The notes below the pieces were generated by a model. That model searched no databases, was not told the DNA's origin, and saw only the letters and a list, made by a program, of their open reading frames with translations. A DNA stretch of 64,000 nt from Truepera sp. (GTDB taxonomy: Bacteria; Deinococcota; Deinococci; Deinococcales; Trueperaceae): positions 32,001-96,000 of the forward strand of contig CBDCKW010000009.1 of the NCBI GenBank assembly GCA_965218435.1, written 5' to 3'. A program made the position numbers and the translations under genes. Positions 48,784-58,624 of this stretch are shown here, piece after piece. Each line of letters starts with the position of its first letter. Positions within the stretch are counted from its first letter, which is position 1.

Positions 48784-49722
48784 ATGAGTGCTATAGAGTC
48801 CGTAAAATCCAAGATGTTAGACGCGTTCGTCGGTCACACGCCGGTCGTAAAACTCCAAAAGGTCGTGACACCCGAAATGGCTGAGGTGTGGGTCAAGCTC
48901 GAGGGTCAAAACCCGGCAGGCTCGATCAAAGACCGCACCGCGCTGGGGATGATCTTAGACGCCGAAGAACGCGGCATCCTGACCCCCGGCAGCGGGCAAA
49001 CCATCGTCGAACCCACCAGCGGCAACACCGGTATCGGCCTGTCATTCATCTCTTCAATTCGCGGTTACCGCTGCGTCATCGTCTTGCCCGACACGATGAG
49101 CGAAGAGCGCAAACGGACGCTCGAGGCTTACGGTGCGGAACTCGTCTTTACCCCCGGCGAACAGCGGATGCAGGGCGCGATCCCCAAAGCGCAAGAGATT
49201 GCTGAAGCGACGGGCGCGTGGCTGCCCAACCAGTTTGAGAACCCGGCGAACCCGCGCTACCACCACCGCGTCACCGGGCCGGAATTATGGACGCAGCTGC
49301 AGGGCCGGATTGACGCCTTTGTCTGGGCGTCAGGGACGGGCGGCAGCATCAGCGGGGTGGGGCGTTACTTCAAGGAGCAGAATCCGAACATCAAAGTTTA
49401 CGCCGTCGAACCTGCGCGGAGCGCCGTGATTAACGGCCACGAGCGCGGCCAGCACAAGTTTCAGGGGATGGGGCCGGGGTTTATTCCGGGCAACCTGGAC
49501 GTTGACCTGTTAGACGGCGCAATCATGGCGTGGGAAGAGGACGCCTTTCCGCTCGTGCGGCGGCTGGCGCGTGAAGAGGGCATTTTCGTCGGGATGAGCA
49601 GCGGCGCGACGATTTGGGCGGCGTTGGGGAAGGCCAAAGAACTCGGCCCTGGTAAGGTCGTGGTGTGTATCGCGGCGGATACGGGGGCGCGGTATATGAG
49701 TACGGAGCTGTTTTCCGAATAG
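48784..49722 (+). CDS. cysK: cysteine synthase A
   Basis: NPAGSIKDR, EPTSGNTG, GTGG, QGMG. Confidence 0.94.
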   Translation: MSAIESVKSKMLDAFVGHTPVVKLQKVVTPEMAEVWVKLEGQNPAGSIKDRTALGMILDAEERGILTPGSGQTIVEPTSGNTGIGLSFISSIRGYRCVIVLPDTMSEERKRTLEAYGAELVFTPGEQRMQGAIPKAQEIAEATGAWLPNQFENPANPRYHHRVTGPELWTQLQGRIDAFVWASGTGGSISGVGRYFKEQNPNIKVYAVEPARSAVINGHERGQHKFQGMGPGFIPGNLDVDLLDGAIMAWEEDAFPLVRRLAREEGIFVGMSSGATIWAALGKAKELGPGKVVVCIAADTGARYMSTELFSE

Positions 49723-49738
49723 AGTTACTAACGTACAA

Positions 49739-49756
49739 CCGACTTGAAAAAGTCGG
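49739..49756 (+). terminator. hairpin after cysK
   Basis: CCGACTT-gaaa-AAGTCGG. Confidence 0.5.
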
Positions 49757-49988
49757 ATGGTTTTCGGAGACTTGAAACGTTACTGGCTTAGAGGCTAACG
49801 GGTGCCCATTACCTGGGCTGATAAATGAGCCAAGAACGCTGAGGAGTATCATCCTACAGTTTTAGATTGGACGTACTTATTCGTGTTCAAATTACAACGC
49901 GAACAGCTGGAATAACCTTGACATTTACCTCCTAAACTCAGCTCGAGGCTGAGACAGCCCAACCGAACTGGCATACTTAGGAGGCTTT

Positions 49989-51494
49989 ATGAAGGTTTTA
50001 ACGGTGGTAAGTGGGCTGCTTTTGGCAACTGCGCCGCTCGCTTCGGCGCAGACCGGAACATTCCCAACCATGCCGCTCACCCACAAACTCGCACCTTTTA
50101 TCATGACGCACGCGTTTGCGCAAAAGGTCGGGGCGACCGCCGAGTGGCGCAAGATGGAAGGGCTCGCGCTCGACGAAAAAAATCACAAGCTCTATCTGGC
50201 GATCAGCGATATCGGCGAAGGGATGGCCGACGGTGAGGGTGACATCGCCCTTGAAGCCAACCCTTGCGGCGCAGTCTACGTCGCCGACCTAGATGCGGAC
50301 TTTAATATCACCTCGTATAAGCCTTTAGTAGTTGGCGGGCCTTACGACGAAGCGGCGGCGGCCAACAGCTGTGCGTTAGCTGGGATTGCCAGCCCTGACA
50401 ACTTAGCCGTTGACGCGCAGGGCCGGGTGTGGATCGGCGAAGACACCAGTTACCACACCAACAACATGCTCTGGGTCTACGACCCGAAAACCGAAGCACT
50501 CAAGCGTTTTGCCACAGTACCTTTAGGTGCTGAAGTCACGGGTCTGGCCGTAACCCCGACCGGTACGGTCTTTATGAACGTTCAACACCCCGACCCCAGA
50601 AACGTCTATCCCTTTAACCGTGGGGTGATCGGCGTGGTCACCGGATTTAACGCTTCAGCTGACGATTTCAGCGCACTACAAGTTCCTCAAAACGATGCTC
50701 AAAAGCAGGCCCAAGTAGCAGCGGGTTCATATCAGGTGATCGGCCGTGTGGGTGACCCGCTCGTCGCCGACTCCGGTAAGACGAGCGGCAGCGGTTTGGG
50801 CGAAATTACGACGGTTTCAAACCGGCAGCTGGCGTTTTGCAACAATCCCGACGGTAACGTCTTTTTGAGCAATAACAGTGCCGGGACCGAAGGCTATTTG
50901 TACACCAATTTGGAGTGTCAACCCGGCGGCGTCAGCAAGCTCTATATTCGCCGCGGTAATAGCGGCACGTGGCAGACGCTCGAGGGCGAACAGGTCAACT
51001 TTGCCAGCGTCAACGGGACCTGGAACAACTGTAATGCCAAGGTTACTCCGTGGGGAACGGACCTAAGCGGTGAAGAGTATCCGGCAGAATCAGCTGACGA
51101 CTGGGACGGCGGGTCAGCTATGGCTGCTTATCTAGGCCACGCGGCGAACCCTTACGACTACGGCTACCTGATCGAACTCAACCCTCAAGAAGGTATCGGG
51201 ACTGAAGTTGCCAAGCACTATGCGATGGGGCGTATCAGCGCTGAACACGGTCTGGTCATGCCCGACTCGCGCACGACCTATATGGGCGATGACGGCACCG
51301 ACCGGGTGCTTTACAAGTTCGTCGCCGACGAAGCGGGAGACCTGGACGCGGGTACCCTTTATGCCGCTAAGGTCGCGCAACAGAAAGACGGTTCTTTTAA
51401 CCTCAAGTGGCTTAAACTCGGTCACGGCGTCAGTGACGAGATTTACGCGGGGATTCGCAAACTTGACACGCAGCTCGAGGCGGCAAGCAACTAG
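49989..51494 (+). CDS. phoX: PhoX (DUF839) family alkaline phosphatase, circularly permuted
   Basis: all PhoX motif blocks present with the two halves in swapped order; Sec-like signal peptide; AGGAGG SD. Confidence 0.82.
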   Translation: MKVLTVVSGLLLATAPLASAQTGTFPTMPLTHKLAPFIMTHAFAQKVGATAEWRKMEGLALDEKNHKLYLAISDIGEGMADGEGDIALEANPCGAVYVADLDADFNITSYKPLVVGGPYDEAAAANSCALAGIASPDNLAVDAQGRVWIGEDTSYHTNNMLWVYDPKTEALKRFATVPLGAEVTGLAVTPTGTVFMNVQHPDPRNVYPFNRGVIGVVTGFNASADDFSALQVPQNDAQKQAQVAAGSYQVIGRVGDPLVADSGKTSGSGLGEITTVSNRQLAFCNNPDGNVFLSNNSAGTEGYLYTNLECQPGGVSKLYIRRGNSGTWQTLEGEQVNFASVNGTWNNCNAKVTPWGTDLSGEEYPAESADDWDGGSAMAAYLGHAANPYDYGYLIELNPQEGIGTEVAKHYAMGRISAEHGLVMPDSRTTYMGDDGTDRVLYKFVADEAGDLDAGTLYAAKVAQQKDGSFNLKWLKLGHGVSDEIYAGIRKLDTQLEAASN

Positions 51495-51534
51495 ACCCAG
51501 ACAACTAGACCCCAGAAAGCCTTACCCAATAACC

Positions 51535-51564
51535 AAACGCGGAGTGTCAAAGCTCCGCGTTTTT
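51535..51564. terminator. intrinsic terminator between convergent genes
   Basis: AAACGCGGAG/CTCCGCGTTT plus T-tract. Confidence 0.8.
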
Positions 51565-51602
51565 ATGGTTTTGGTTAGAGAGGTGGAGCTCTCAAGCTTG
51601 CC

Positions 51603-52067
51603 TCAACTCACGGCTTTTTTCACGAGCGCACCGATTTGCTCCTCTACGGCGGCGGTCAATTCCTTTAACGCAAAGGCAGTCGGCCACATGTCGCCTTCGT
51701 CGAGGTTCGCTTGGTCACTGAAGCCGAGCGTCGCGTACCTGGTGTTGAACTTTTGCGCGCTCTGAAAGTGGCACACCACCTTGCCGTCCTTGGTATACGC
51801 GGGCATGCCGTACCAGGTTTTTGGCGTGAGGTCTGGTGCGCTGGCTTTAATGAGGGCGTGGAGCCGCGTAGCTATCGCGCGATCCGCTTCCTTCATCGCA
51901 GTGATCGCCTCGAGCACGGCACTTTCCCCAGCCTCGCGGTCTTTGTTGGCGCGAGCTTCTGCCTTGAGCTCTTTAGCGCGCTCTTTCATCGCGGCCCGTT
52001 CGTCGTCTGTAAATCCCTCGGACTTTTTGCTAGTCGCGTTGGTGCTTTTGGTGGACTGCTTGGTCAT
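51603..52067 (-). CDS. DUF1801 domain protein
   Basis: [37 protein letters not shown]. Confidence 0.85.
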   Translation of the reverse strand: MTKQSTKSTNATSKKSEGFTDDERAAMKERAKELKAEARANKDREAGESAVLEAITAMKEADRAIATRLHALIKASAPDLTPKTWYGMPAYTKDGKVVCHFQSAQKFNTRYATLGFSDQANLDEGDMWPTAFALKELTAAVEEQIGALVKKAVS

Positions 52068-52705
52068 GCGATTCTCCCTTCTTGTTTTATGGTCTGATTG
52101 GATTTTCTTGTGGCCGTTCGGGGCAGCTTGTCGGGAAGGATGTTCCCTAATACGCGGCTTGCCGGTCGGAGCGCCCACGAAATGACGATGAGCACGAGCA
52201 GGTGCAGCGCGTTGATAACGTGAAACATGGGGGAACCAAAGCCCGCTGGAATGGGAACGCCGTCAATCACGGTGACCACCAGCCAGGAGACAAACGCCCC
52301 CGTCATGTTGAAGACAAGACCTGCGTACGCCCATTCTTTGAGCCTGGGAAAACGAGGAACGACGATAGCTACCGCTCCGAGCATCTTGCACACGCCGATG
52401 ATATAGACGAAGTAAAGCGGGTAGCCAAGGATTGCGACGACCGTCTTGATGCCGATGCTCGAAAACTGCAGACCCATAGCTGCGTCAAGCACTTCCGCTA
52501 GGCCGCCGTAGAACAGTGCCAGCGCGACGTAGCCGGTGATGCCCCAATAGGCAATCCTCATTACCCTGGTAAGAACTCCCCTCGAACTGCCTTTGCTTTT
52601 CCCATCCGCCTTTAGTTCTTGGTTACGTGTTTTCATTGCCGCTTCCTCCGCATCCATGAATTCCTTGCTCTGCGTGCTCCTCTGTGCAGATATCCTCTCA
52701 GCCAT
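52064..52705 (-). CDS. DoxX-like membrane protein with a DUF1801-like N-terminal extension
   Basis: [21 protein letters not shown]. Confidence 0.8.
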   Translation of the reverse strand: MAERISAQRSTQSKEFMDAEEAAMKTRNQELKADGKSKGSSRGVLTRVMRIAYWGITGYVALALFYGGLAEVLDAAMGLQFSSIGIKTVVAILGYPLYFVYIIGVCKMLGAVAIVVPRFPRLKEWAYAGLVFNMTGAFVSWLVVTVIDGVPIPAGFGSPMFHVINALHLLVLIVISWALRPASRVLGNILPDKLPRTATRKSNQTIKQEGRIA

Positions 52706-53126
52706 TGCGACGCACCTCCTGAATGCGGACGAGGTTGCCTGCAGGATCGCGGAAGGCGCAGTCGCGAACGCCGTATGGCTGCTCGGTCGGCTCCTGGACG
52801 ACCTCAGCGTCGCCCGCCTGTATCCGCTCGAAAGTACTGTCAAGGTCGGGGGTGGCCAGGATGAGGCTGGCATAACTGCCTTTAGCCATCATCTCCGCGA
52901 CCGTGCGGCGCTCGTCGTCGGTGAGGCCGGGGGTGGCTTCTGGTGGATATAAGACGACGGAAGTGCCGGGCTGACCCTTCGGGCCGACGGTGAGCCAGCG
53001 CATCCCCTCATAGCCGACGTCGTTGCGAACCTCGAAACCAAGCGTGTCGCGGTAGAAAGCTAGCGCCGCGTCAGGGTCATTTTGCGGCAAAAACGTGTTG
53101 TGGATGGTGATGTCCATGGTGGTCAT
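52698..53126 (-). CDS. VOC/glyoxalase family protein
   Basis: FYRDTLGFEV, EQPYGVRDCAFRDPAGN. Confidence 0.92.
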   Translation of the reverse strand: MTTMDITIHNTFLPQNDPDAALAFYRDTLGFEVRNDVGYEGMRWLTVGPKGQPGTSVVLYPPEATPGLTDDERRTVAEMMAKGSYASLILATPDLDSTFERIQAGDAEVVQEPTEQPYGVRDCAFRDPAGNLVRIQEVRRNG

Positions 53127-53165
53127 GCTCCTTTCGTATGGCGATGGCCATGAACATCATTCTAG

Positions 53166-53603
53166 CTACAGCTTAGGAACCTTCGCTTCTTGATTCCTGA
53201 TCGGTCGGGTTACCTGTTTGGCCACACACGCTGGCATCCCTACTGTTTCATGCGCGGCCTGTTGCCGATAAACGCTCGGCGCCACCCCGACCAGCTCGGT
53301 AAAGCGGGTGCTGAAGGTACCCAGCGACTGACAGCCGACCTCGAAACAAACGTCGGTGACGCTTCTGTCGCCCCGGCGCAAGAGTGCCATCGCTCTCTCA
53401 ATGCGCCGTGTCATCAGATAGCTGTACGGCGATTCGCCGTAGGCGAGCCGGAACTGGCGGCTGAGGTGCCCGGCGGACATGTGTGCGGCGCGGGCGAGCG
53501 CCTCGACGTCAAGCGGCTGGGCGTACTCCCGGTCGATGCGGTCGCGGACGCGGCGGAGCCGTACGAGGTCGTGCAGGTGCGGCGCTGCGGGTTTGTTGGT
53601 CAT
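53166..53603 (-). CDS. single-domain AraC family regulator
   Basis: DREYAQPLDV, RRIERA, VGC.SLGTFS. Confidence 0.9.
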   Translation of the reverse strand: MTNKPAAPHLHDLVRLRRVRDRIDREYAQPLDVEALARAAHMSAGHLSRQFRLAYGESPYSYLMTRRIERAMALLRRGDRSVTDVCFEVGCQSLGTFSTRFTELVGVAPSVYRQQAAHETVGMPACVAKQVTRPIRNQEAKVPKL

Positions 53604-53685
53604 GGGCGCTGATTTTATCATGAAGAGCTAGTAGCGCTCAGGTGGGTGAAAAGCATTTTGGTATACCTTCATCTGCGTACGAGAA

Positions 53686-53775
53686 ACCTAACGCCGTTGC
53701 TCCTCGGCCACCAACCTACGATAGGCTGCCGTCGCTACGCTCAAGGTGTGGCGAAGGCTAACACGGTATTTAGGC
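53686..53775 (+). mobile_element. degenerate integron attC-like site (solitary)
   Basis: starts ACCTAAC (RYYYAAC), ends TTTAGGC (one mismatch to GTTRRRY); 90 bp with imperfect dyad symmetry. Confidence 0.4.
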
Positions 53776-53868
53776 GCAACAATGGCGTTAATTGATCTGC
53801 GCTCGAGCTCGTAGCACAGTCGTGACGTTGCAGCGTGGCGCGTAGCAAGGGCCTCATGTTACTTAGCC

Positions 53869-55101
53869 TTACTCTACCCGCCTAAACACCAGCGCCGCGT
53901 TCTGCCCCCCAAACGCAAAATTGGTCGAGAGCACATACTCCGCCTGCACCTCCCGCGCACACCCCGGAATATAGTCGAGGTCGCACTCAGGGTCGGAGTC
54001 TTCATAGTTACGGGTCGGCGGCAAAAAGCCTTCTTTTAAGACCTGCGCACAGGCAATTGCTTCAACGCCGCCCGCCGCGCCCAACATATGCCCGGTCATG
54101 GACTTTGTGGACGAAACCGGTGGAACGTTCTCTTTGCCGCCAAAAACCGTTTTATAGGCGAGCGTTTCGTTCAGGTCGTTGATAGGTGTGCTGGTACCGT
54201 GCGCGTTGATGTAGTCAATTTGCTCAGCCGAGACGCCCGCAGATTTGAGCGCCCAGTTGATACAGCGCACCGCGCCCGCGCCGCCCGGAGCCGAGGCGGT
54301 GATGTGATAGGCGTCGGCGGAGGTCGCGCAACCGATGATTTCGGCGTAGATAGTCGCGCCCCGAGCCTTTGCACGCTCAAACTCCTCCAAGACTAAAATC
54401 CCGGCCCCTTCACCCGCGACAAAGCCGTCTCTTGACGCCGTAAACGGGCGTGAGGCGGTCTCGGGCGAGTCGTTCCGGGTTGAAAGCGCCTTCATGACAG
54501 CAAAGCCGCCGATCCCCATCGGCGTGACGCACGCTTCGCTGCCGCCGGTGACCATGATCTCAGCCTCGCCGCGCTGAATGATGTGGTAAGCGTCGCCGAT
54601 AGCGCCTGAACCGGTGGCGCAGGCTGTGACAACGGTGCTCGAGGGGCCCTGCAACCCGTAACGCATCGAGACCTGACCCGAAGCCATATTCGCAATCATC
54701 ATCGGGATAAAAAAGGGGCTCATCCGCATCGGCGAGCGTTCAAAACGGATTTTCGACTGCTGTTCCCAGGTATCTAAGCCGCCGATGCCGCTCCCGATAC
54801 AGGTACCGGTGTGCTCGCCAGCTACGTCGTCTTCGCTCAGTCCGGCGTCTTGTAGCGCCAAAGACGCGCCGACAAGTGCGAGCTGCACAAAGCGGTCGAG
54901 GCGTTTGGCCTCTTTGCGTTCGATGTAATCAGAAAGCTCAACGTCAACTTCACCGGCAATCTGAACCGACAGGTCGGACGCGTCGAAGCGGGTAATTTTG
55001 CGGATGCCGTTTTTACCCTCTTTTTGGGCTTCTAAAAAAGCCTCTGTTCCCACGCCGATCGGCGTGACAGGACCGAGGCCGGTAATCACAACTCGTTTCA
55101 T
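53869..55101 (-). CDS. fabF: beta-ketoacyl-ACP synthase II
   Basis: TACATG, NAHGTST, KSMTGH, FAFGG.N. Confidence 0.96.
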   Translation of the reverse strand: MKRVVITGLGPVTPIGVGTEAFLEAQKEGKNGIRKITRFDASDLSVQIAGEVDVELSDYIERKEAKRLDRFVQLALVGASLALQDAGLSEDDVAGEHTGTCIGSGIGGLDTWEQQSKIRFERSPMRMSPFFIPMMIANMASGQVSMRYGLQGPSSTVVTACATGSGAIGDAYHIIQRGEAEIMVTGGSEACVTPMGIGGFAVMKALSTRNDSPETASRPFTASRDGFVAGEGAGILVLEEFERAKARGATIYAEIIGCATSADAYHITASAPGGAGAVRCINWALKSAGVSAEQIDYINAHGTSTPINDLNETLAYKTVFGGKENVPPVSSTKSMTGHMLGAAGGVEAIACAQVLKEGFLPPTRNYEDSDPECDLDYIPGCAREVQAEYVLSTNFAFGGQNAALVFRRVE

Positions 55102-55200
55102 CCCTCTAATTTACCCTATCGCGTCTAAACTGTCGTGTTTGCCCCTGCCTGGTATTAAGTCTTTAGCAGCGCAACACGCTAAAGCTGCTGGCCATAAGCT

Positions 55201-55238
55201 GTTACGGCGCAGCTCTATTTAAGAGGCTGCGCCGTAAC
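55201..55238. terminator. 13-bp hairpin between acpP and fabF
   Basis: GTTACGGCGCAGC/GCTGCGCCGTAAC. Confidence 0.65.
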
Positions 55239-55306
55239 GTATTTTCACTAGCATCTATCTCAAAAGTGGCTTTTGAGACGACTTCTACTGTGTTTAACTG
55301 CTGTAG

Positions 55307-55546
55307 TTACTTTTGGGCCGAGATAAAGTTGACGGCGTCGCCGACGGTGCGGATGCCTTCGGCTTCTTCATCGCTGATTTCGATACCGAATTCGTCCTCG
55401 AGCCCCATAATCAGCTCTACGACGTCGAGCGAGTCTGCGCCCAAGTCGTCAACAAATGATGCCTCTTCGGTGACGTCACCAGCGTCGGCGTCGAGTTTGT
55501 CGGCGGCAACTTCTTTGATCTTGGCTAAAATTTCACTTCTGTCCAT
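55307..55546 (-). CDS. acpP: acyl carrier protein
   Basis: [11 protein letters not shown]. Confidence 0.97.
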   Translation of the reverse strand: MDRSEILAKIKEVAADKLDADAGDVTEEASFVDDLGADSLDVVELIMGLEDEFGIEISDEEAEGIRTVGDAVNFISAQK

Positions 55547-55641
55547 AACGGTCCTCCGAGTTAGGTCTCAAAACACTGGATTCTAACATAAGGGGTAGCT
55601 GCCCAAATTCTAGCATAGGTCTACGTCCCCTTAGCACCGCC

Positions 55642-56397
55642 CTAATGTAATACCATCCCGCCGTCTACCGTCAAGGTCTGGCCGTTGATATAAGACGCGC
55701 CCTCCGAAGCAAAAAAAGCGACGGCGGCGGCTACTTCGTTGGGGTAACCAAAACGGTTGGCGGCAATTCTCAAGAGAAAATTGTGCTTGAGTTGCTCGGA
55801 CAAGTTTTCAGTCATGTCTGATTCGATAAAGCCCGGAGCTACGGCGTTGACGGTAATGCCTTTAGCCCCGTACTCTTGCGCGAGCGCCTTGGTCAGCCCG
55901 ATAAGCCCCGCTTTTGACGCGACGTAGTTGGCTTGTCCGGGGTTGCCGTTAAGCGCGACGACTGACGAGATATTGATAATCCGGCCCCACTTATTTGAGA
56001 GCATCCCGCGCAGCGCAGTTTTAGACAAGATAAAGGCGCTCGTCAGGTTCGTATCTATAACAGCGTGCCAGTCGCTGCTTTTGAGGCGCAGCGCGAGGCC
56101 GTCTTTAGTAATGCCCGCATTATTGACCAAGATGTCCAAACTGCCGAAGTGCTCCTGAACCGCCTTGATGAGCCCTACACACGCGTCTTCTTGGGAAATG
56201 TCAGCCTGAAACACAGCGGCTTCTCCGGCACCCGTGCTGATTTCATCGGCCACGGCTTTAGCCGCCTCTGTCGAGCCGCCATAGTGAACCGCGACTCTGT
56301 AACCGAGCTGACCGAACCATAGGGCAACGGCGCGGCCGAGGCCCCGGCTCGAGCCCGTGACCAACACGACTTTAGCTTGGGTATTCGGTGTACTCAA
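55642..56397 (-). CDS. fabG: 3-oxoacyl-ACP reductase
   Basis: TGSSRGLG, NNAGIT, YVASK. Confidence 0.95.
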   Translation of the reverse strand: MSTPNTQAKVVLVTGSSRGLGRAVALWFGQLGYRVAVHYGGSTEAAKAVADEISTGAGEAAVFQADISQEDACVGLIKAVQEHFGSLDILVNNAGITKDGLALRLKSSDWHAVIDTNLTSAFILSKTALRGMLSNKWGRIINISSVVALNGNPGQANYVASKAGLIGLTKALAQEYGAKGITVNAVAPGFIESDMTENLSEQLKHNFLLRIAANRFGYPNEVAAAVAFFASEGASYINGQTLTVDGGMVLH

Positions 56398-57308
56398 AGG
56401 GCCTCCTCTAAACTTTTCATATCCGTTATCGCCAGGGCCGGAATCCCCTTAAGCGTGCGCTTGACTAAACCTGATAAAACGTTGCCAGAGCCGAACTCGA
56501 GAAACTCGGTGACGCCTAGAGCTTGTAGCCGCTCCAGCGTTTCGACCCAGCGAACCGGCGCGGTCACCTGCTGCTCTAACAGGCTCGGTGCGTCGGCAAT
56601 ATTATCCAAAACAGCTGCCGTCACATTACAGACAATCGGCGTTTGCGGCGGACTAAACGTTACCGCCTGCAGGTCGTGAGCTAACTTCTCCGCCGCCGGA
56701 CGCATCAAGCTGCAGTGAAAAGGTGCCGAGACGCTTAGCATAACCGTCCTTGCGCCCTCCCCTTTAAGCCGCTCAGCCGCCGCCTCGACTGCCCCTGCGT
56801 CACCTGAAATCACGGTCTGCTCAGGCGCGTTGAGGTTGGCGACGTCAACGACTTGTCCCGTCTCTGCTGCCGTCTCTGCGCAGACTCGCTCGACGTGAGT
56901 ACGGCCGGTTTTAAGAATAGCGGCCATCGCTCCCCGACCGCTCGGTACGGCCTCTTGCATATACCGACCGCGTTTATGGACAAGCTGCACGGCGTCCTCT
57001 AACGCCAGCGACCCCGCGACGACGTGCGCCGTAAACTCTCCGAGACTGTGACCTGCCAGATACGCCGGAGCTTCACCCCCTGCCTCACGGTACGCCGCAA
57101 ACGCCGCCGCGCCCGCTGCGACGAGCGCCGGTTGCTGATTGGCCGTCAGCTTGAGTTTGTCTTCAGGGCCGCGCCACATCAGCTCTAAAAGCCCCGGTAA
57201 GGCAGCTTCAGCCCTGTCCAGCACAGCTTTGGCGGCGGCGTTCCGGTAGAGCTCAGAGGCCATGCCGACGACCTGCGAGTTTTGGCCGGGAAAAAGGGCG
57301 GCGATCAC
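56394..57308 (-). CDS. fabD: malonyl-CoA:ACP transacylase
   Basis: FPGQ, GHSLGE, SAPFHC. Confidence 0.95.
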   Translation of the reverse strand: MIAALFPGQNSQVVGMASELYRNAAAKAVLDRAEAALPGLLELMWRGPEDKLKLTANQQPALVAAGAAAFAAYREAGGEAPAYLAGHSLGEFTAHVVAGSLALEDAVQLVHKRGRYMQEAVPSGRGAMAAILKTGRTHVERVCAETAAETGQVVDVANLNAPEQTVISGDAGAVEAAAERLKGEGARTVMLSVSAPFHCSLMRPAAEKLAHDLQAVTFSPPQTPIVCNVTAAVLDNIADAPSLLEQQVTAPVRWVETLERLQALGVTEFLEFGSGNVLSGLVKRTLKGIPALAITDMKSLEEAL

Positions 57309-58294
57309 GCGCCACTCCCCCAGGTCAAAACGGTCGCTGCCCAGGTCAGACCGGCCCCGAACGCGACCAAGAGCAGCTGGTCGCCCTCGGCGATGCGGCC
57401 CGACTCGAGCCCCGTTTTAAGCGCCAGCGGAATACTCGCCGTCGAATTATTCCCGTACTTATCTACCGTGACGATAACCCGTTCCGGCGGTAGTCCCAGC
57501 CGCTCGCGCGCCGCCTCGATAATCCGCAAATTGGCCTGGTGCGGGACGAATAAGCTGATGTCGGCGGGCGTCAAGCCTGCTTCGGACACAGCTTGAACAG
57601 TTGCGGTATCCATGACCCGCACCGCAAACTTAAAGACCTCGCGCCCGTTCATGTAGAGGTTGTCGGACAGGGGCGCACCGTTCGGCAAACAAGGTGCAAC
57701 CGCTTTGCGGCTCAGGTGGGACGCCCCGGATCCATCGGTTCCCAGGACAAACGAGCGAAACCCGAAAGGTTCCGGTACAGCCTCGACGATGGCGGCCCCG
57801 GCTCCGTCGCCGAAGAGTACCGCCGTCGAACGGTCGTTCCAGTCAACGATTTTACTCAGCGCCTCCGCGCCGATGGCTAAAACCTTTTTTAGCTTGCCCG
57901 ATTCAACGTAACCCTGCGCGACCGAGAGCGCGTAGAGCCAGCCCGGACACGCAGCCAAGAGGTCAAACGCTCCGGCTCTCAAGTTGAAATGGTCTTGCAC
58001 CAGCGCCGCGGTCGAGGGGAAAAGTGCGTCGGGCGTGTTCGTGGCAACAATCACCAGCTCCACGCCGTCTAACACGCGTTCACCGTGCCGCGCTACGAGG
58101 TCCTCGACGCTTCGGGTCGCCAGTTGCGAGGTGAACTCGCCTTCGGCGGCGATATGCCGGGTTTTGATGCCGGTGCGCTCGGTAATCCAAGCGTCGCTGG
58201 TGTCCATCATCTTTTCTAAATCGGCGTTGGTCAACACGCGTTCGGGCGCGTAGGCCCCGAGTGCGCTGATACCTGCACGTATAGGTACGCTCAT
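57305..58294 (-). CDS. fabH: beta-ketoacyl-ACP synthase III
   Basis: AAC, FGDGAGA, PHQAN, GN.S.AS. Confidence 0.96.
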   Translation of the reverse strand: MSVPIRAGISALGAYAPERVLTNADLEKMMDTSDAWITERTGIKTRHIAAEGEFTSQLATRSVEDLVARHGERVLDGVELVIVATNTPDALFPSTAALVQDHFNLRAGAFDLLAACPGWLYALSVAQGYVESGKLKKVLAIGAEALSKIVDWNDRSTAVLFGDGAGAAIVEAVPEPFGFRSFVLGTDGSGASHLSRKAVAPCLPNGAPLSDNLYMNGREVFKFAVRVMDTATVQAVSEAGLTPADISLFVPHQANLRIIEAARERLGLPPERVIVTVDKYGNNSTASIPLALKTGLESGRIAEGDQLLLVAFGAGLTWAATVLTWGSGA

Positions 58295-58326
58295 GGCAGT
58301 ATGCTCGTCTCAATAAGTAAATCCAT

Positions 58327-58351
58327 AAAAAAAGGCTGCTTCATTGCAGCC
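58327..58351 (-). terminator. intrinsic terminator after rpmF
   Basis: GGCTGC/GCAGCC stem with T7 on the minus strand. Confidence 0.7.
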
Positions 58352-58409
58352 CTACTCTAACGCTAAACGTCGCTGAGATGTCTTGCTGAGGTTTTTGAGG
58401 GTGAAAAAA

Positions 58410-58598
58410 CTACGCTTCGATGTCCAAAACTTGACGACCGGCGTAGTAGCCGCAGTGTGGGCAGACGATGTGTGAAGGTTTAAGTTCGCGGCACTGCGAG
58501 CAGGCGACGAGGGTCGGGGCGGAGAGCGCGTCGTGAGCGCGTCGTGAATCGCGCGATGAGCTCGAGGTGCGCTTTTTCGGAACGGGGTGCTTAGCCAT
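58410..58598 (-). CDS. rpmF: 50S ribosomal protein L32
   Basis: HPVPKKRTS, CSQC...H.VCPHCGYY. Confidence 0.96.
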   Translation of the reverse strand: MAKHPVPKKRTSSSSRDSRRAHDALSAPTLVACSQCRELKPSHIVCPHCGYYAGRQVLDIEA

Positions 58599-58624
58599 AA
58601 AAACTCCTTAGCTTCTATCTAAAT

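Noticed and set aside
49900..49945. Possible Pho box upstream of phoX
   Set aside because: Repeats are degenerate and not at a consistent 11-bp spacing
51488..51516. CAACTAGACCC(C)AGA duplicated at the phoX stop
   Set aside because: Short local duplication with no evident consequence
58295..58409. No plsX between rpmF and fabH
   Set aside because: Appears to be the ordinary arrangement for this lineage; no remnant visible
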